Positions 13,548 to 28,066 of a stretch of 64,000 bases of DNA are shown here, one piece after another (position 1 is the stretch's first letter; every line of letters begins with the position of its first letter). The notes beneath the pieces are model-generated. The model was not told where the DNA came from. It made no database searches and saw nothing but the letters and a program-made list of their open reading frames with translations. The DNA comes from Octopus vulgaris. Taxonomy: Eukaryota. Position numbers and translations under genes: made by a program. The stretch covers positions 45,756,001 to 45,820,000 of the forward strand of contig OX597823.1 of assembly GCA_951406725.2 (NCBI GenBank). The letters run 5' to 3'.

Positions 13548-13806
13548 CTTCAGACTTAAATCATTATTATTCTTTTTTTATGTCCTGTGTATGGAAATCC
13601 TTTGTCACACATCCTGTGACCTGTTTACCGACTTTCCATCCCACGTGTCTCCTGTTATGTTTAGTTCATTTTAAATTTCTATAAAGAAAGATACATAAAG
13701 AAAAACTGGACTAAACAGAACAGGAGGAGACACATAGGATGGAGAGTCGCCAAAGAGGTCACAGGACGTGTGACAAAGAAATTTCCAGACATAGGACATA
13801 AAATAA

Positions 13807-13883
<77 letters not shown>

Positions 13884-13897
13884 GCATAAATCTGAAG
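13548..13897. repeat. ~120-bp diverged inverted repeat with (TAA)n expansion in the right arm
   Basis: tatgtcctgtgtatggaaatcctttgtcacacatcctgtgacct versus aggtcacaggacgtgtgacaaagaaatttccagacataggacata. Confidence 0.85.
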
Positions 13898-13994
13898 AGA
13901 AGACAAAAAAATGATCTTCCCGAAATATTACAATATCTGTTTCTACGCACGATTTCACATCAGGCATATTGCAAAGTAAATACATAAAAACGCA

Positions 13995-14037
<43 letters not shown>

Positions 14038-14094
14038 GCACAAATTCATGCATACACACACATACATACATGCTCACATATGCATATGCATGAG

Positions 14095-14285
14095 TGTGTG
14101 TGTCATTCCATTGACAACCAGTGTTCGTTTGATTATATCCTTATAACGTAGCGGTTCGGCAAAAGTTACAGGTAAAATTAGTATTCCACTTAGAAAATGT
14201 AAGTACTGGGAACGAATTGTTCAAGCTTTCAAGGTGGTGCCCTAGTATGTCCTTACTACAGAGAGTAAAGCGAGCATAAAGGCAA
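14095..14285 (+). mobile_element. SINE group A 3' half, degenerate
   Basis: ttgacaaccagtg..gcggttcggcaaaag..aagtactggg..ttcaaggtggtgccctag. Confidence 0.6.
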
Positions 14286-15452
14286 CGGTAACCGTTAGTG
14301 ACTCAGTTTAACGATCAAGCTCTGTGACACGATTCTCAGTTGATCCAACTTCGAAGAAAGAACGACGATCCGTGTGAAAAAATGTTACAAGCAAGAGGCA
14401 AAAATTGTACCCCCAGACAGACGGACAGTAACTCCATCCACTCGAAATGGATTAATTCGATATTTCCTTAACTACGTATCTTTTTTCTATTTCTATTTCC
14501 CCGCTTTCTAACACGATTACAAAACGTAACTATTTTACTCTAAGAAATAATTATTGGGGCATCACACAACATCTTTACTAACGCAAATGTACGTTAACAG
14601 TTGCATACATTAATTTGTAAAAAAATTATGATAATTCCTAAAGATAACTCCTCCCATTTTACACCAAGTCTAGTATCCAATCAGTACATCTAGGTAATAA
14701 TACATCAGTGAAACAAAGTTTCCTATATGACGTGTTCCAGTGATACACCACGCCTATTTTAAACATTTGAATATTTGTTAAAATTTAGGATAAGTTCTAA
14801 CTTTATCAACATCGATAAATGTATTTACTGCATCTAATTTTTACCTGAAGAGACATTCATATATTCAGAAAATTCAACATAAAAAAGAACTTAAGCATTT
14901 TCTAGTTGTGTTCCAACTTGGAATCCGTGACTGAAATGCGGGTGTTTTGACATTACAGGTATTTTTATTCAATATTCTTCATGATTTTTTCCCTTTATCG
15001 CTAAGTGTTAAGTGAACGTGCGCGCAAACACACACACACACACACACACTGACACACACACACACACACACACACAAACGCATACACACACATCAGTAGA
15101 CACGCACATAGGCAGAAACACACACACACACACGCACGCATACACGCACGCATACACGCACGCATACACGCACGTATACATAAGCTTACAAACGCAAACA
15201 TACGCACGCACGTACACACATGCGCAAATATACATATCTATGACTCTATATACATATGTTTGTTCATTGCCAATTTTTCTATTTCGGTGCCTTTGCTACA
15301 AGGATCGCATTCATTCTTTTCCACACATATATATAGAAATATACAGACATCACAGATAGGAATGTGTATAGCAACGGTCACTTTATGCAAAACACATCCA
15401 TGTGCACATATACTGATGTGCATGTGTCTGTATTCGTGTTAGTGCGATGATG

Positions 15453-15512
<60 letters not shown>

Positions 15513-15695
15513 GTGAGAGCAATGAAAGAGATAATATATTGCGCAATTAAGCCGAAAACACTTTTCTACACAAAACAAATTAGTGAGAGAGCTCAATAAA
15601 AATGAAAAGAATCTGAACCAGATACAAACCGAAAAATATATACTTTTGTATAAGTGAAACGTGAAAATATTACAAAGCTACATATTGATACACAC

Positions 15696-15750
<55 letters not shown>

Positions 15751-15919
15751 ATACACACATACACACACACACTGAAACGCACAAACACACACACATACAC
15801 ATATACATACCCTGACTGCCTCTAATTTGAATTCTAACAACCAGTTATTACAATCGCTTTGCCCAAGCCAAATGATAATAACACATACACACATATCACA
15901 TATATGTATGTATATAAAT

Positions 15920-15953
<34 letters not shown>

Positions 15954-15955
<2 letters not shown>

Positions 15956-16072
15956 GGCCTGCTCGCTTAGCCAGCGGGGTGGCGTCATTCAAAGGCTAAA
16001 ACAATGCGAACGCATTGAGACCAGCGATGTGTAACAACATCTGATGGTCTGGTCGGTCACGTGATCACGTGA
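15954..16072 (+). repeat. Short GC-richer interspersed-repeat fragment inside a (TA)n tract
   Basis: Abrupt GC island with hairpin gacca..gatgt..acatc..tggtc, ending in palindrome tcacgtgatcacgtga. Confidence 0.45.
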
Positions 16073-16112
16073 TATGTATATATATATATATAATATATAT
16101 TTATATACATAC

Positions 16113-16175
<63 letters not shown>

Positions 16176-17064
16176 TGTGTGTGTGTGTCCAAAGAGAGAG
16201 ATAGGGGGAGAGTGAGTGAGAGAGAGAGAGAGAGAAAAAAAGACTAATGGGATATTATAATCCTCACCATCGCCTATTAGCACATCGTGCAGGATCATGG
16301 CTTGCATAGTTTTCCAAAGTCAAAAAGGATATCCGCAAGGCTTCGATTTATACTAAAGGAGAGCAATACACAACTCCAAGGAATACAAGTATCGTCCGTT
16401 TATGTCAATTTAGCTACATATATACATGTACGTACGTATATATGTATTCGTGTATGTACGTATGTATGCATGTATATATATGTGTGTGTGTGTATATGTA
16501 TGTAACCCAGTACAACCTGTTGCGTGGTCGGGTCGTCGACGACTAAACTGGCAGCCCTCATCAAACTTGCTTGGTGAGGAGGGTGATTGTCGGACACCCT
16601 GCAGAACAAGAAATAAGATCTGTCAAAGGGTAGAAGAGTTCATGAGCTGTCAACAGCTATCCAACAATATGTGTACATGTGTATGTATGCATGTATGCAG
16701 GCGCGGGGACGTGGAAATAGCTGGGTTGGTGTTCAGGCGTGCGGTTGGCCCGGTGGTAGTGGTAGGCCCTTCTGTTTTTGTCACAACAGTTCTCTCGGAG
16801 AGGGAAATTTCTGAGAGAAAACCTGCGACACTGACAATGTTCGATGATATAGACTAGTTCTTCATTTTGAGTTTGTTGTCCATGTTCAGTGAGTGGGATT
16901 GCATTTGTGCAAATTCTTTCCCCATTGTAAAAAATCAACATGCACAGACATCGCTTGAAAAAAAATGAGTAAGACCTCTCTCAAAAATGGCTGGTCGTAG
17001 CCGTTGCATGTGTGGGACTTTCGATCAGGCGATGGCGACACTCGAATACGAGTTTGCAGCCATC

Positions 17065-17097
<33 letters not shown>

Positions 17098-17562
17098 TGT
17101 ATGTATGTATGTATGTATGTATGTATGTATGTATGTATGTATGTATGTATGGAACGCTTGAGAGTCAACGGCCATCCAATAAATGTCTTAAGGCGGTATC
17201 ATGCGCGGGGACATAGAAATAATCGGACTGAATACCCGATCGCGATTAAACCATTGGGAGTGAAGAACTCCTAGCCTATATAATTGATGTAACGGATATA
17301 TAACCTGTATATATCCTCTTTCCACCAATCTCTTCTAAACACGCAAGATATATGTTAAAGAATGGTTTGTTGCTTCCATTTATTACTCTGAGTTAGACAT
17401 GCCTTGCATTTAACCAGGAAATCCGACGTACACATGCATACTGAAACACACATACATGTATATGAAGGTATATCTGTTTATATACGGAGATAAGTATGGA
17501 TAACTATATATTGGTGTGTGCATGTGTGTGTCTATATGTATATACACGCACATATATACATG

Positions 17563-17611
<49 letters not shown>

Positions 17612-17618
17612 ACATGTA

Positions 17619-17695
<77 letters not shown>

Positions 17696-17697
<2 letters not shown>

Positions 17698-17799
17698 CAT
17701 AGTTGTGTGGTAAGTAGCTTGCTTCCCAACCACATGGCTCCGAGTTAAGTTCCACTACATGGCACCTCAGGCATAGACGGAAACTGAAAGAAGCCCGCC

Positions 17800-17851
<52 letters not shown>

Positions 17852-17980
17852 ATATATATATATATATATATATACAGGCATAGTTGTGTGGTAAGTAGCT
17901 TGCTTCCCAACCACATGGCTCCGAGTTAAGTTCCACTACATGGCACCTCAGGCATAGACGGAAACTGAAAGAAGCCCGCC

Positions 17981-18045
<65 letters not shown>

Positions 18046-18220
18046 CATTTGTGTGTATGTGTGCGTGTTATCAGTTGAGAACCGATGCTGGTGTGTTTAC
18101 GTCCCGGTAACGTAGCGTTTCTTCAAAAGGAACCGTGAGAATAAGTACTAGGCTTGTAAAGATGAAGTCCTGGGCTTGATTTCTTCAACTAAAATACTGT
18201 CAGAATAAAAGAAATAAAGT
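17696..18220 (+). mobile_element. SINE group A with tandemly duplicated, internally deleted head
   Basis: Identical 105-bp heads at 17696-17800 and 17877-17981; 3' half at ~18050-18220. Confidence 0.85.
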
Positions 18221-19135
18221 ATATATATATATACATACATATTCACAGACCTATACGCATGCATGTATGTATATATTAGTTCCCTGTAATTTAATGCAAT
18301 AAAGTGTTCTCTCATGATCCACTCTGGTTAACGTCAGCATGCATTCAGAATGCCCAGTGCAGGGTTCTAAGCAAATATTGTGGTAAAGCATATGTAGTAA
18401 CTTATAATATAAACTTGTGTGCATCTTAATTTTGAAAGCCCATAGCTTAGAAGTTAGGTCCCTTCACTTCCCGAAATTGCTGGTATGTTGTTTCCTTAAG
18501 CAAGACACTTCATCACTCGGTGCTTCTGTCTATTCAAAAATAATTATCAGCCGGTCGCCAGCGGGAAATTCTCTCTTTGACCAATTTGTTAAGTTCTGGT
18601 TGTTTCATTGGATTAAGACGATGGGCTCGAAAGGGTGTCTATGCCAGCTCGCGAATATATAGTCCTAAAACAATTTAGTGCAAAGCAGAGTTTGTGTGAC
18701 GGAATCATAGTGACGGCTGGCTGTAGAAATCTACTGATTCCACGGGGTAGAAATCTACCGAATCATTGTCTCTGGTAGTCAAGTTATTTTAAAAGTATAT
18801 GATCACGTGGAACTTGAAAATAGTATCTTAAAAGTGTTTTTTTTACTCTCTGTCACAGAAATGGGTTATGTTGGGAAGCAGCTACGATATCAACATCACA
18901 TATACATAATACGATGCAAGTCATATGACTTGTAAAACAGTACATTGTACTCTTCATATTTCGGTTGCTTCTGCGCATGAACAGCTTCTATGCTACTGTG
19001 TATTTTGAACCGTAACACACGTATGCGATTCTCTTTCCATTTCCATTTCCGCCAACATAGACTTTATTGTTATGATCACCAACATGATCATAAATTTATG
19101 TTAGACAGTAGATGGCCAAAAATAGAAAATATGTA

Positions 19136-19550
19136 GGCACCGTCGTGGTTGTGTGGTCAGAGGCTTGCTTCCCAGACACATGGCTCCATGTTCAATCTCA
19201 CTGCGTGGCATCTTGGGCAAGTGTTTTTACTCTATCGCCGGGCCGACGAACGCCTTGTCCATGGATTTGGTACACGGAAACTAAAAGAAGCTTCTCTCTT
19301 TATCCTCCTCTCTCTCACACATACATATGCGTGTGTGCTTGTCCTTGTGGTTGTGTTTGTCCACCACTACCGGTTGACAATCGATGTTTGTTTGTTTACG
19401 TCTCCGTAACTTAACGGTTCGGCAAAAGATCCGACAGAATAAGTCCCAGACTTAAAAATAATAAGTAACGTGGTCGATTGCTTTGACTAAATCCTTCAAG
19501 GCAATGACCCAGTATGGCTATATTCTAATGGCTGAAATAAGTAAAATGAT
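19136..19550 (+). mobile_element. SINE group A
   Basis: Head, core, internal CA/TG tract and tail are colinear with 27162-27651. Confidence 0.85.
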
Positions 19551-19597
19551 TTAAAGCAATACATGTACATACATACAACTGTGTGTATGTATGTTTG

Positions 19598-19696
<99 letters not shown>

Positions 19697-19710
19697 ACAC
19701 ACACTTTACA

Positions 19711-20105
19711 CTTTTACTTGTTTCACTCATTTGACTGTGGCCATGCTGGAGAACCGCTTTTAGTCGAGCAAATCGACTCCAGGACCCATTCTTTGTAAGC
19801 CTAGTAATTACCGCTAAGCCACGAGGACGTAAACACACCAGCATCGGTTGTCAAGCGATGTTGGGTGGGGGGACAAACACAGACACACAAACATATACAC
19901 ACACATGCACACATATATATATACATATACATATACATATATACGACGGGCTTCTTTCAGTTTCCATCTACCAAATCCACTCACAAGGCTTTGGTTGGCC
20001 CGAGTCTATAGTAGAAGACACTTGCCCAAGGTGCCACGCAGTGGGACTGAACCCAGAACCATGTGGTTCGTAAGCAAACTACCTATCACACAGCCACTCC
20101 TACGC

Positions 20106-20107
<2 letters not shown>
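19711..20107 (-). mobile_element. SINE group A
   Basis: High similarity to the family; flanked by (TCTA)n on both sides. Confidence 0.9.
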
Positions 20108-20146
<39 letters not shown>

Positions 20147-20147
20147 A

Positions 20148-20257
<110 letters not shown>

Positions 20258-20258
20258 A

Positions 20259-20298
<40 letters not shown>

Positions 20299-20698
20299 CA
20301 TATATATTTTTATGAATTCAAACGTTATGTAACTATTTCAACTTTATATATGTTATTGTTTCGAATCTCTAACTCTTTTCTCTTTCTTTGAACTACCTCT
20401 CGCTAATCGCTTGTTACAAAAAGGCATTATTTTTTTTCCATAGTTATCAAAATATTTTAAATATTTATTTATAACATTATATTTCTGAAGTTAGTTTTAA
20501 ATTCTATTTTTAATGTTGATTTCAGGAATTTAAGCACTCATAAACTACTTTGCAAAGCAAATTGTATATACTTATGATTTTAATAATTCAACATTTTCCA
20601 TACCTCTCTGTTCAGTACAACGACGAATATACACAACTTCATACGCGGTTCACTTTACAACCTCGTTGACGAAGCATACATACATGCATGCATACATG

Positions 20699-20729
<31 letters not shown>

Positions 20730-20769
20730 TTACATACATATATAATACATACACACACACACACATATT

Positions 20770-21577
20770 TGCCAGCGACTTCTCCCAACAAATAAAATTC
20801 ATCCCTAATACTAAGCTGAAGCAACATATATCTCAAATCACATCGCAACGACACACCAACCACCAAAATCACAACAGACTACACATGCTAGAACCCCGGG
20901 AGAACCCGCATTAAGACAACCTAGACTCACACGCACACATATAACATCAGGTCAAAAGCTAAAACAGCTAACAACAATGTGTCATGCTACCTCCTCTATT
21001 TCCCGAAAATATAGATAGCTCTACCCCCTAAGCACCCCAAAAAAGTGGTGGACGCTCTATTCTATGGTATACACCCCTCTTCACACAAAACGTTAAGAAC
21101 TTAGCTAAATCCTCCCTAAATATACTGGACTCCAACCTCCCTCATCAACATAAATATTACTCTATCTTTAATAGGTCTACCCTGAAGCTATCCTATTTCA
21201 CCCCACCCAATTTCGAGTTTATCATTGCGGCCTCTAATAAGCAAAAGCTTTCTCTCAACTATCAAAACTCACACTATAACAAATCTGAATACACGAGCGC
21301 CCGACATATACACAGCTCCAGTATCGAATCCATTACGTTAGACAACAACCATAACCCAACCTATCCTAATAACACTATTCAGAATACGACCATAACTTCT
21401 ACGACCGTTACAGGTAGAATAATTAACAAGAACGATAGCACTAATAATGATAATAGTAATAATAATACTAATAACTTAGACATTTCTACCCGCCATCTTT
21501 AGCCTCTCCTATGACAGTATTACCTCCTCCATCCCTGAAAATAATCTCCAAAATGCACCCACTTGTAACTGCCGTCC
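20770..21577 (+). mobile_element. Penelope-like element fragment (RT thumb to GIY-YIG linker)
   Basis: From 21053: RSILWYTPLFTQNVKNLAKSSLNILDSNLPHQHKYYSIFNRSTLKLSYFTPPN; later TCNCR; truncated at the Tc1 junction. Confidence 0.75.
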
Positions 21578-21585
21578 TATTTGTT

Positions 21586-22480
21586 TTAATACGGGGGTAG
21601 GACCGCCTTTGGCAGTAATTACAGCTTGAATTCTACGAGGTATGGACTCGTGCATAGTTTGAATTATTTCCAAAGGAACTTTTGTCCATTCTTCAGCTAA
21701 AACAGTCTCCAGTTTTTGGGGTGATGATGCTGGAGGATATCGACTCCTTACTTCTTTTTCTAAAATGCACCATAAATGTTCAATAATATTGAGATCTGGC
21801 GATTATGGTGACCAGGTAAGATGTTAAACTCCACTAGAATGTTCCTCGTGCGATTCAGTAACAACTTTAGCTGTGTGAATTGGTGCATTATCATCCTGAA
21901 AGATTGCGTTACCCTCCGGAAACAATAGCGCAACCATAGGATGAATTTGATAAGATAAAAGGGTTAGTCTTGACTCTTAATTTTGCCATGAAGGGAAACC
22001 ATTGGGCTGGCGGATTTCCAAGATATAGCCCTCCACCCCACCCTAGATCATCACAGATCCTCCTTCATGCTTAACTGTTGGAAGAAGACAGACTAGGTCA
22101 AATGCTTCTTTTGGCTGTCTCCACACGTATACTCAGCCGGTGGTCGGAAATAAGGTAAAGGATGACTGGTCCGAGAAAATAACATTCTTCTACTGCTCTA
22201 GGGACCAATTCTTTAGGTTTTTATTCAACTCGAAACGCTTTGCAAAGTTTATTTTTGAAAGTAGTGGTTTTCTGATTGCAGCCTTCTCATGAAATTCGAC
22301 TTTGTGCAGCTCCCGGTGAACAGATTTTGTGGGAACTGGGTTCTCGAGGTGGTCATTAAGCCCTGCAGTAATTTTAGGAGCTGTACTTTTGTGATCCTTT
22401 TACAACAATTCGCGTAAGAATCCGACGATCCCTATCTCAAAGTTTTGGTTTTCTTCCGGAGTTTTGTTTCGATGAGCATG
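21586..22480 (-). mobile_element. Tc1-family transposase pseudogene (no TIRs seen)
   Basis: SGRKPKL..DRR; VIFSDQSS; IFQDDNAP; WSP*SPDLNIIEH; ends ESIPRRIQAVITAKGGPTP.Y*. Confidence 0.9.
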
Positions 22481-22799
22481 TCGTTGTTTTTGTACTGCTT
22501 AAAGGCACGTTTCTTTCCTGCCAAGCTTACTGTTTAAACCATGTTTGTGTTCTCCAAGTCAGCAGCCTTATTATTACTGGTAATTTAAACTCGTCGGTTG
22601 CATATTTGTGTGAATAAAATCATTTTTCTTTGGAATAGAAAAAAAGTTTCTTTCTTCTTTTGCTGGAGTCTCAAATTTAGGCTAAATCAGTGTTTCTCAA
22701 AGGGGAGGCCCATGGGAAGGTTGGACAAGTTGTTTTCAGAAAAGTTGGCTTAAATGTTTGACAACTCAGCACCGTCCATTTGACGGTTTTTTTTGCCCG

Positions 22800-22894
<95 letters not shown>

Positions 22895-22902
22895 GAGCTT
22901 CA

Positions 22903-23064
22903 CGACGGGCTTCATTCAGTTTCTGTCTACCAAATCCACGCACAAGGCTTTGGACGACCCACGGCTATAGAAGATGACATTTGCCTAAAGTGCCACGCAA
23001 TGGGACTGAACCCGGAACCATGTACTTGGGAAGCAAATATCTAACCGTACAGGCATACCTGTGC
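22903..23064 (-). mobile_element. SINE group A head/core
   Basis: cgacgggcttcattcagtttctgtctaccaaatccac..gggactgaacccggaaccatg. Confidence 0.8.
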
Positions 23065-23648
23065 ATATGTATATGGAGAATACGTTTCTCGCTTAAGAGA
23101 CACCCAATGTTCAAACATTGAATATTAGTAGAAAAAGTTTGACGTAATAATTTATTCCGTATTGAAAAACACTGAGAAAATTTGATGGACATATTTTGAC
23201 GGGCTACATAATAGAGTTCGTTTAAATTATAATAAAGGTTCGTATTGATATCTCAACAAAGGAGTATATTTAGGTATAATTAATTGGCATACAAGACAAT
23301 ATGCTTCCTATTGGTCGTTATATGAAACCTTTATCAAACTTGTTTATCAGAATTTCCATTGTAACTGCTAGAGAACAAAACAAAGAAATAGGTAATTTAT
23401 AAACGAGGATATTATAATGAACCATAAAGGAAAAGTTGCTTCGGAACTTGAAGCTTACATTGATTATAATCAAACCAGAGCCACCGCGGGCAAACCAGAA
23501 AAGAGGTGATCAGAGGGGACCCCCAATGGAGAGAATTAATATTTGATATAACATTCTGGTAATCGTCAACATGTTTACTTGTTACCCAGTTGAACTGAAG
23601 TGTTCGTTACCTATAGACACACACGCGCGCGCACATACATACACGCAA

Positions 23649-23685
<37 letters not shown>

Positions 23686-23779
23686 CTCTCTCTCTCTCTC
23701 TTTCTCTGTTCCTCACAAACATAGACACACTTAGACTCGCACATACAACCATACACAGAAACATGAAGAGACAGTTATA

Positions 23780-23989
23780 TAGAATATATGTGTTGAGTGT
23801 ACATATATACGTATACATATATATATATATGTGTGTGTGTGTATGTATGTATGTATGTATGTATATATTAATTATATATATATGTATGTACATGTGGATG
23901 TATACGTATATATGTATATATATATGTGTATATGTATACGTATGTATAATATATATATATTTCTGTGTGTGTATATATGCATATGTATG

Positions 23990-24029
<40 letters not shown>

Positions 24030-24180
24030 TAAATATATATATATATATGTATATATATGTATGTATATATATATATATGTATATATATATGTATATATAT
24101 ATATTTATGTATATATATATATGTATGTATGTATGTATGTATCTATCTATCTATCTATCAATCTATCTATATATATATAT

Positions 24181-24245
<65 letters not shown>
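23780..24245. repeat. Long compound (TA)/(TG)/(TATG)/(TCTA) tract; representative of many such tracts in the window
   Basis: Direct reading; comparable tracts at 8731-8970, 45740-46200, 53607-53785 and elsewhere. Confidence 0.95.
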
Positions 24246-24247
<2 letters not shown>

Positions 24248-25989
24248 AAGCCCTGTTCTAGGCTTCTTCTCCTCTTGTACACCGTAGATACACATAGTCA
24301 CTTCGCCGAGTGTAGAATGAATGAAGTAAACACAGGCTATTAAAGTAGCGAACCACTCAACGATATAACTCATTTCATTATTGATAAGTCTTTAGGTTGC
24401 CAAGTCTTAAATGAACCTAAATAAATACAAGGTAACACTGAAATATTCAAGACTAGGAAGTCATTTCTCACCGTTGCTTGGTTACAGGCATATACGTACT
24501 TGATCTATTAATGTTGCTTCTCGGTGTGCTGGCCACTTTTACTAGTAACTGTTCTATATGGAGAAAAAAAAATTAGGTGAAAGAGATGGGTTGAAACACA
24601 AAAGAGACAGACTGGAAGTAGTAAATATTAATCATATGGCATGGTTTCGAATCTTATTAATGTTTCTTAGATGGGAACTACATGATACCAGAAGGCATTA
24701 TATTGTTACTTATGAGAATTACAAAAAATAAAAATAAAAATAAAAATAATAATAATTTCTGCATTGTTTCACGATAAACTAAATTGCAAACTTAGTATTC
24801 TATGTTCTTATCAGTAAAAGATAAGCAAGTCAAATTCGCCAGTAGGACTAATAGTTTTAGTTAATTATAAAGTAACGAACATATTACTTCTTTATCACAT
24901 GCAACATTGTGTGGCCGTTTAACTTATCACGGGATTCTCTTTAATGAATTTGATCGAGGTGGAAAATTAGGGGTAAACATCTTCCAGCGAAACAGATTTT
25001 ACTCCATAATGTGTACGTTCTATTTAATGCTTTGCTTAAAGAATTGCACATCATTTCCAAATGTACAGTTGCGTCCATTTAAGGTCATTTCATTTTCATA
25101 GGAAATTTCATTTCATTTCATTTTATTGAAATCTCAACTCTTTTTACCCTAAAATTTTCCCTTTTAATTTCATGATGTTGCTTTTAAGATAAAGGATCAA
25201 GTTATGGTGACATCTATGATCTCAATAACATCGACACGTAGAAATAATCTTGTAATTATTTTATCTAGCATTGCTTTGCCTGTACTTAAATCCATGGCAC
25301 TAACTGGTTTTGTTCCGTCGTGAAAGAGATGGTAAATTTCTAAATGTATTGAACAGTCAACTGATAAATGACTCATTGCTCTCTTTACTGATACCTATGC
25401 ACTACGCTGTTTATGGCTACGTCCAGTACATTTAACTCTCAAAAAGCACACTGCACCTGTTTGCAGATAGATATATTTGAACAGGAATTATTCGTTTCTG
25501 TAAATAGCAGCGTCATTATAAAATTGATAAGCTTGTAGTACTAAGTTAAACATTTATGCATGATTGAGGAAACATTGGGTAATCAACTACAGTGATCTGT
25601 GTTCCCTTACTCGTACAGTTTCATGGTTCTAATTATAATCGATTTTCAATGAAGAATTTCACACGTAATCGAACCCCTTGGTAGACATGTTCCTCATTCA
25701 TATGAGATTTCTACTATCTTCCTTCATTTGGTTATGAGAATCAAAATCTTTTATTACACTCCTTGGGCTGTTCCCTTATACCTACCGATTTACTATACAA
25801 GATAGTTTTAGTTTCTCAATTTAATAGTCCTAATCCGTTATAGTCCAAAAGTGTATTAGAAATGAAAAGTGTTATGAAGAATATCTAAATTGACTAAAAA
25901 AAACATTATTGAACTCATCTATGACCTTCATACTCCTTGAGTATAATTTGCCCAGTGACACAGAAGTACCTCAACCCTTTTAATTTCTC

Positions 25990-26720
25990 CGAGAATCTGT
26001 GACAGGCCAATACCAGCACGAATGACATGAGCAAGGAAAAGTCTCCAAAGGACCGACGCTCTTGAAGAGAAAGGACTGAGTTAGTGGTTAGCGCATAACA
26101 GGGGTTAGGTTGGACACAGTAGCAAGCGGAGAAATAGACGATTGGGTTGGGGGTACCTGATCATAGAGAAACAAAATCATCCAATACCATTGAAGTAACA
26201 TTGGGAGAGAGAAAGAGGAAACAATACGACTGTAGATCAGGTTGGAGTGTATCTATTAAATTAGGCAAGTGGACCTTCTCTGGGTATGGTCTAGGATGTT
26301 TGTATGTGTAGCTGTAGAAACGTCCCTCCTATTTTGGGTCTCACTTGAGTCTGGTAGAACAGCATTAACTATCAGAAATTGAAATAGTTTTTGGCACTGA
26401 AAAGAAAGGCGAAAGGCCAGCCGTCGGGATGCAGCCCTAATTATGTTAATGATGTGCTTTTTCCAGGACACAAATTCAATGAGAGAGAAGCCCAACATCT
26501 GGAGCAGTCACCTGAGCTGTAGTTCAGTACTTCTCCGAAGGATGCTCTCAAAGACTCCGTTCGTGAAACTTGATCTTGATCTCGGTATGACAACTTGGTT
26601 GAATGATAATGATACACACTCTCGAAAAGCATCAGAAGAATGAGGAGAATGAAAGGTCATGTCATCTGTACAAAAGAAGGCGCAGTTGGATATGGTGAAC
26701 AATAGGCTACTTCCCAATTC
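25990..26720 (-). mobile_element. CR1/L2-group LINE RT 3' fragment, decayed
   Basis: FCTDDMTFH (YADD-equivalent), LGF..SWKKHIINIIRAASRRL, LYQTQVRP, ILDHTQRRSTCLI. Confidence 0.7.
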
Positions 26721-27112
26721 CTTTGTCCCACTGTTTCCCCCTTCTCTCTCTCTCCATTCAATTTATGTCTACATGTTTGCTAGCACACACTTTCTTCCCA
26801 CTTTCTTTCTAACACTCCGAAATTTTAATGTGATCTATGCACGCCTTTCTTACAATCCTCTCGCTATTTTCTGTCGTTGATTTAAGACAAACATTAAATA
26901 TGTCATTTCTCGTTTTCCTTCCACCTCCACGCACAATGGCTTGTTTTATTTCATATTGTTTCGATCGAAAAACAGCAATATATATTTCAGTATTTTCTTG
27001 CTCCCTTCACTTTTCTTTGTTCAGGTGCTCAGATTTTAGTATAGTGTTTTGTGTGTTCTTTATTTCCCTCTGGTTATATTCTTACAATTACACACACGCA
27101 CAGACACACACA

Positions 27113-27161
<49 letters not shown>

Positions 27162-27162
<1 letters not shown>

Positions 27163-27327
27163 GGCGCAGGCGTGGCTGTGTGGTAAGTAGCTTGCTTACG
27201 AACCACATGGTTCCGGGTTCAGTCCTACTGCGTGGTACCTTGGGCAAGTGTCTTCTTCTCGAACCTCGGGCCGACCAAAGCCTTGTGAGTAGATTTGGTA
27301 GACGGAAACTGAAAGAAACCCCTCGTC

Positions 27328-27380
<53 letters not shown>

Positions 27381-27381
27381 C

Positions 27382-27445
<64 letters not shown>

Positions 27446-27650
27446 TGTGTATGTTGTGTGTCTGTGTTCGTCCCCTGCAACCGATGCTGGTGTGTTTACG
27501 CCCCCGTAACTTAGCGGTTCGGCAAAATAGACCGATAGAATAAGTACTAGGCTTACAAAGAATAAGTCCTGGGCTCAATTTGAGTCGACTAAAGACGGTG
27601 CTCCAGCACGGCCGCAGTCATATGACTGAAACAAGTGAAAGATTAAAAGA

Positions 27651-27651
<1 letters not shown>
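27162..27651 (+). mobile_element. SINE group A, best-preserved copy
   Basis: tggctgtgtggtaag A box, gggttcagtcc B-box-like, ccttgggcaagtg CORE-like, internal (TA)n(TG)n, tail stem cagtc-atat-gactg. Confidence 0.9.
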
Positions 27652-27704
<53 letters not shown>

Positions 27705-28066
27705 ATATATACACATAAAACGCTCTATCTATTTATGTATTTATATGCATTCCAAGTTTTATGTTTCGCCTTCACTTATTTGGTACCATTATTAAATAAT
27801 TAGCTCTAGTTTTTCGTTTCTTTTTTCCCGCGTCCTCTCCAGATGTATTTATAGCTGTTGATGCAGCGAAGGGTATGCAGTACTATCTTAAGCACCAAGA
27901 ATCTCCCAAAACTTCACAATTTGTACAATTGATGAAATGAAAATGCCTTTCTTCCGTCCGTTATTTTTCTTTTTGTTTCGTCTCTCTCTCTCTCACTTCA
28001 ACACACACACACACAGACATATGTATTTATGTAATTTATATAAACACACAAGTACATGCATATACC

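Noticed and set aside
22688-22720. cagtgtttctcaaa hAT-like terminus
   Set aside because: No matching second TIR or TSD found.
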